A stretch of 63,619 nucleotides of DNA, counting the filler, from Vannella sp. (lineage: Eukaryota): NCBI GenBank assembly GCA_023345925.1. It is 6 parts of 6 records of this genome, joined end to end, with 100 filler letters (N's around TTAATTAATTAA, not from the genome) between each part and the next. Parts side by side here need not be neighbours in the genome. Positions count along the whole stretch, not along the records: positions 43,545 to 60,590 come from JAJQQN010000874.1; positions 60,691 to 63,619 come from JAJQQN010001121.1; 4 more parts are not named here. One strand, written 5' to 3'. The position numbers and the translations under genes are program-made. Below the pieces are notes generated by a model, which was not told where the DNA came from, did not search any database, and saw only the letters and a program-made list of their open reading frames with translations. Positions 59,391 to 63,619 of the stretch are shown here, one piece after another (position 1 is the first letter of the stretch; each line of letters starts with the position of its first letter).

Positions 59391-60530
59391 TCACTTCTGT
59401 TTCCTCTTCACTTGCTTGCCGGGGGCAGGCTTGACGGGTTGGGAAGGTTTGTTGCCTTTGGAGTAGCTCTGGCTGTAGAAGTTGAGGAAGAGGAAGAGGA
59501 TGGAGAAGTTCACGGCAATGCACAACACGAGAAGCCAAGACTCTCCGTGGCATCCTTGGGTGAAGGCGTAAGAGAACGACACTACGCTACCAACAGTGCC
59601 ACCATTAGAAGGAGCTTGGCTGGTATAGGAGAAAGTTAATCCCTCGAAGGCAAAGTACAGGTGGAAGCAAGTAACAAGGGCAAAGGTGCAGAACTGCAGG
59701 ATTTGCAGCGAAGTGAGCATTTTCTAGAGGTATGTGAGTCAAAGCTACACTTCAAGACACATTCAGAGCCAGTCTGGTGGCCCAGGACTCACCTTCCACG
59801 AGTTAGGGACTCGGACCTTCATGGAAACGAAGAAGAAGTACGTGTACATCACGACATGCACTCCAGCGTTCATCCAAATAACCCACCAATACAGAGAGAA
59901 GTCGTGAGCCATCAGAAGGTACGTCATGAGGATAACCACGGAGTGGTGGTAAACATGAAGGACTGAGAGCGCTCTCTTCCTCAAGACAAGGATGATCGTG
60001 TCGAGGAACTCGTAGTACTTAGAGAGGTAGTACCAGTATCCAAAGAAGTAGACAAAGCTGTTCCTGCCAGGGGTACGATCGCAAACCAAGAGGATCCAGT
60101 CGTTCGACTCCTTTGACGGGTTTGAGTACGAAGCGATATGGGAAGGGGCGGACGTACTGTCACTTGCTTGAAAGTGTAGAAGAGAACCCCCAAGCACATG
60201 ATGAGGGACCAGACAGCGAGGATTAGGTTATGCAAGGCAGAGGCGAATTGCAAGTTCCACGAGCGGCAGTTCTTCATGATGGCCTGTTGGAGGGTGAGGG
60301 GCAGCTCAAGATGGATCATGAAGAGTTACCTGGAGGCCGAAGATCGTGATCCAGTAGACCACGAGACTTGCTGCCGGTACGATGGGTTGGGAGAAAGGGG
60401 TCACTCCAGCCAACCATTCGAAGGCATCTGGTCGCCACAGCTGGTCCCATTGCACCTTGTCCCAATGTTCAGGTTGCCAAATGACATCCTGGACATAGTT
60501 CTGCACTACATTCACATCCAGCCACGCCAT
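59391..60530 (-). CDS. ELO: Fatty acid elongase (ELO/GNS1/SUR4 family)
   Basis: YYLSKYYEFLDT, LHVYHH, NAGVHVVMYTYF, TSLQILQF and a C-terminal lysine-rich tail. Confidence 0.95.
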
Positions 60531-60590
60531 GGCCACCCGCGGAATGAAGAATCCTCCTTGGTCCCGAAAATTTCCGACTTCGTTTACATT

Positions 60591-60690
60591 NNNNNNNNNN
60601 NNNNNNNNNNNNNNNNNNNNNNNNNNNNNNNNNNTTAATTAATTAANNNNNNNNNNNNNNNNNNNNNNNNNNNNNNNNNNNNNNNNNNNN
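60591..60690. other. Artificial contig-joining spacer
   Basis: N run with TTAATTAATTAA. Confidence 0.98.
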
Positions 60691-62888
60691 AGAGGGTGTG
60701 GTAGCCTACAGCGGCGATAAAGTCCTCAAGAGAGTGTCAGCCAAGTTCTGAGGACAGGAAGCAGCGAGAAGCTCACGTTTTGCCCGTAAAGACTGAAAGG
60801 AGAGATGGAAGGGAACCCGCCCATCTCGAGGAAGCTGTCGACTCTACCAAAGCGGGCGGAGCGTCTGTGCGCCTTTTTGTTGTTACCCACGCGACTCCAT
60901 GTGGCTTGAGTATCTCTCTGCCAAACGACAGCGCCTTCTGGGTTGATTGCGGTCACGCGCCCCGTTGACACAAGGAAGACGGTGTGGAAGCGCCCGTCCA
61001 ACGTGTCAATGTACGTGGGGTTGGCCATGTCCACGTCTTCACCCTTGTTACTGTAGATCTGGTCAAAGCTAAACCCAAAGCCCAGCCCAAAGAGGCCCAA
61101 GTACACCGATTCACAGACGCTCACTTCGAACAGAGTTTCGATGGCTGGCACTCCGCTACTGGCCGTGGCCAAGCATGTGTCCTTTCCAGACTTGCTGCGT
61201 CGCTTCTTGCCACGTTGTGCCTTCTCAGGGACAGCGTCAACGCGGTCCACAACACCGTCGTTGTTGACATCCAAGTAGAGGCTTTCCGGGCTCATTTCGA
61301 ATCGCGTGAGTGGGTGGCCGCTGTACAGGTGCAGCACCTCAATGCCACGAGTAGAGCGGGCCACCACTACGTTGCGCTTACCACCATGGAAGCCACCGCC
61401 GTCTTCGTCGTCGTCCGCAGTGGAACCAAAGTTCCTCTCGCGCGTAAAGTAATCGCTGTAGAGCTCAGTGTCTTCTCTGGTACGCCAGACGAAGGGGAAC
61501 TGGCGCATGATATGGCCATCAAAGAACTTCCAGTCCCTCTCGCCCAGATGGCGCAAGTTATGGAAGAGGTGGAGTTTCAGCGCCATGTCTGGTGTCTGTG
61601 CCTGCGTCGCCCAGTGTTCTGCTTAGTTTACATGCATCACCATCGTTATCTCTAACATACGTCGGCAGTGGGCTGTGCGAAGAGGTCTAGGGCCTGCTGG
61701 AGGTTCGATTGAGTGTCGCCGAGGTCTTGGAAGTCATCTGGTTCGTGCTTCCAGCGGAGAGCTCCTGTGTGACCTTCAAAGGCGTAGTAAGAGAAGTGGT
61801 TCTCTTCTTCGCGCGATTCTTCGGTCTCCTCATCCTCTTCAGCGCCCTCAGGAGCGTCCAATCCTTGGAGCTTTCGAACTCTTTTGCGCCCCGTTGGTTC
61901 ATTCAAAGCCTCTTGCTTCACCTTCTCCAGCTCTGCTTCACTAAGTATGGGTTTGGAGTCCTCTTCTGGTTCAAAGCGTTCGTGAACAAGCTTCTCCCCG
62001 GAGTTAATGAACTCTTTGCGACCTCCAACAACGATCAGACCTCGATCACCGTTCGTGAGTGGTGTGTGATCGATCATAATAGAGGCTTCCCTTAGGAGGA
62101 GGTTAGATGCGCAGAGGAGAGGAGAAGGAGCGCATACTTGTGAAAGAGAGAGGGATTGGGGTGCTTGACAGGGTGGCTCTCCCAAAGTAAATTGAGTTGG
62201 TGGTCGAAGCACATCACCACCCAGCCTTCTGTCAACACAACAATCACTTGGTGGCGCTGTACTGAACCAGGGGGATCAATGAACCCTGAAGCGAGGGCCA
62301 CCGGGCGTCTTCCATACGTCAACGCAAACTTAGGAAGGAGACTGGCCGTGTGCTACTCCCAACCATCAGTAACCATCCACAGGAAGCCTCCCAAGACCCA
62401 TACCGTGGCAGTGAGCTCAGGAACTTTGAGTTTCAAGTGAGAGGAGCCTTTGAACATCTTCATGTTGGAGAAGGAGACGATAGAGTTGTCTCCGATCTCT
62501 TCACCAAGTTGGTAAATGTCTGCAGAGGAAGCGAGCTTCACCTCGAACTCTGTCGTTACGAAAACCACATCTGCTCCCTCTTTGAGCCTCTTCCTTTGAT
62601 AGAGTGAATGAGAACAACAAACGTACCATTGCGTCCATCACCGGTTATGTCTGTAATGAGAGGAAGGGGCCTAAAAGAGGGGTACGCGTAAGGGGCGGGG
62701 AAGGCGAGGGAAGGGGAGTCTTACAGCTTCTCCCACTCTTCAGGAAAGTGCGAGTTCCGGAAGGTGGCGCTATCAAACGGAATCTTCCATTTCTGAATGA
62801 CAGAGAGGCTAGAAGAAGAGGGCAGGGACAACCAAAGCCCTCCCAAGCAAAGGAAGAGAACCGCCCAGTCCCCGCCTTTCAAGCCCAT
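60691..62888 (-). CDS. FG-GAP/beta-propeller protein (plant At3g51050-like family), 3' truncated
   Basis: N-terminal anchor MGLKGGDWAVLFL, RRPVALASG, VMCFDHQLNLLW, GLIVVGGR, HFSYYAFEGHTGALRW and DVNNDGVVD. Confidence 0.8.
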
Positions 62889-62998
62889 AATCGAGTCGGT
62901 CGGTCAAAAAGTGATCCAACTTTATCCATTTAATTATTTCGCCAAAATAATTTTTCCATCCCCAGGTGGTTTTTTGTCACTTTTTTCTGACCCTGCCG

Positions 62999-63619
62999 AT
63001 GGTGCGTCTTGTTTGTTGTCACCGAGTTTGTTGTTTCTCACTTTGGACGCTGAAGGAGGGCAGAGGATCTGAGCAGGGAGGGGAAGAAGCTCAAAACTGG
63101 AGGAGCTTCGCTGGCTTTATACCGAAGAGGACGAGACCAAAGGCGGCTGTTGTTGAAACGAGTGCAAGCTCTGAGGGCAGTGGGTCTGAGGTAAGGCTTA
63201 GGGGATGATGTTGCATGATGAAGTGAGCTCATAGCTACTCCTCCTAGCACGAGGAATCCTGCCACCGGTGCGGGAGGAAGGGGGAACTTCTTTGTTGCGA
63301 CACCTGCACGCTCGTCTTTCACATTCGCTGTCTTACACCTCGTCTTTCACGTATTCCTGAAGGGGAATGGATCTGTCCCGTGTGTACCAGCCATGCCACG
63401 TCAAACGATACTTCCACCGCTGAGGTTATCAAAGCCATTGAGGAACCAAAACGGGAACAGAAGGAGGAACAGAAGGATGTGCAGATGGAGGAGGCTGTGT
63501 CTTCTTCCAAGCGCCCGCGGAGCCCTGGATCAAGCAATGCCCCATCAAAACGAGCCAAGAAGCAGCTCAAATCAAGCTCTCCCACCGCCGCTCCAGCCGA
63601 TGCTGAGACATCAGATGAG
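62999..63619 (+). CDS. PHD-finger chromatin protein (Mi-2/CHD3-type PHD), 5' part only
   Basis: About 63258-63385 reads CHRCGRKGELLCCDTCTLVFHIRCLTPRLSRIPEGEWICPVC (C4HC3). Not in the ORF track because the frame runs off the window. Confidence 0.85.

Overview
Eukaryotic DNA from a very gene-dense protist genome with mostly ~45-75 nt GT-AG introns and intergenic gaps often under 150 bp. An amoebozoan is likely, inferred from a ComC-like membrane protein and a Crinkler/RHS-type protein. The window is six unrelated contigs joined by artificial 100-nt N spacers containing TTAATTAATTAA, so synteny holds only within a contig. Most genes are housekeeping: ArgRS, a PPR protein, DRE2, WDR92, SmD2, ATG4, a CAMK kinase, RPS13, XRN1, PUS7, a SUV39-type SET protein, IGHMBP2, HDAC3, FTHFS, U6 snRNA, POLE3, MCM4, a RhoGAP, CGI121, uricase, an RGS protein, an elongase, an FG-GAP protein and a PHD protein. 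Three accessory or decaying patches stand out. (1) At 1-5200: an intron-retaining ArgRS pseudogene, an intronless bacterial-like papain-fold peptidase and two tandem small CG-1/WRKY-GCM-like putative DNA-binding proteins. (2) At 8830-10103: a broken RCC1-repeat gene. (3) At 41282-43380: an ankyrin relic and a frameshifted Crinkler/RHS NTPase-REase gene. A recurring TCA(T/C)T initiator-like motif sits just upstream of many ATGs. All family calls come from motifs recognised by eye, not database searches, and spliced gene boundaries are approximate.
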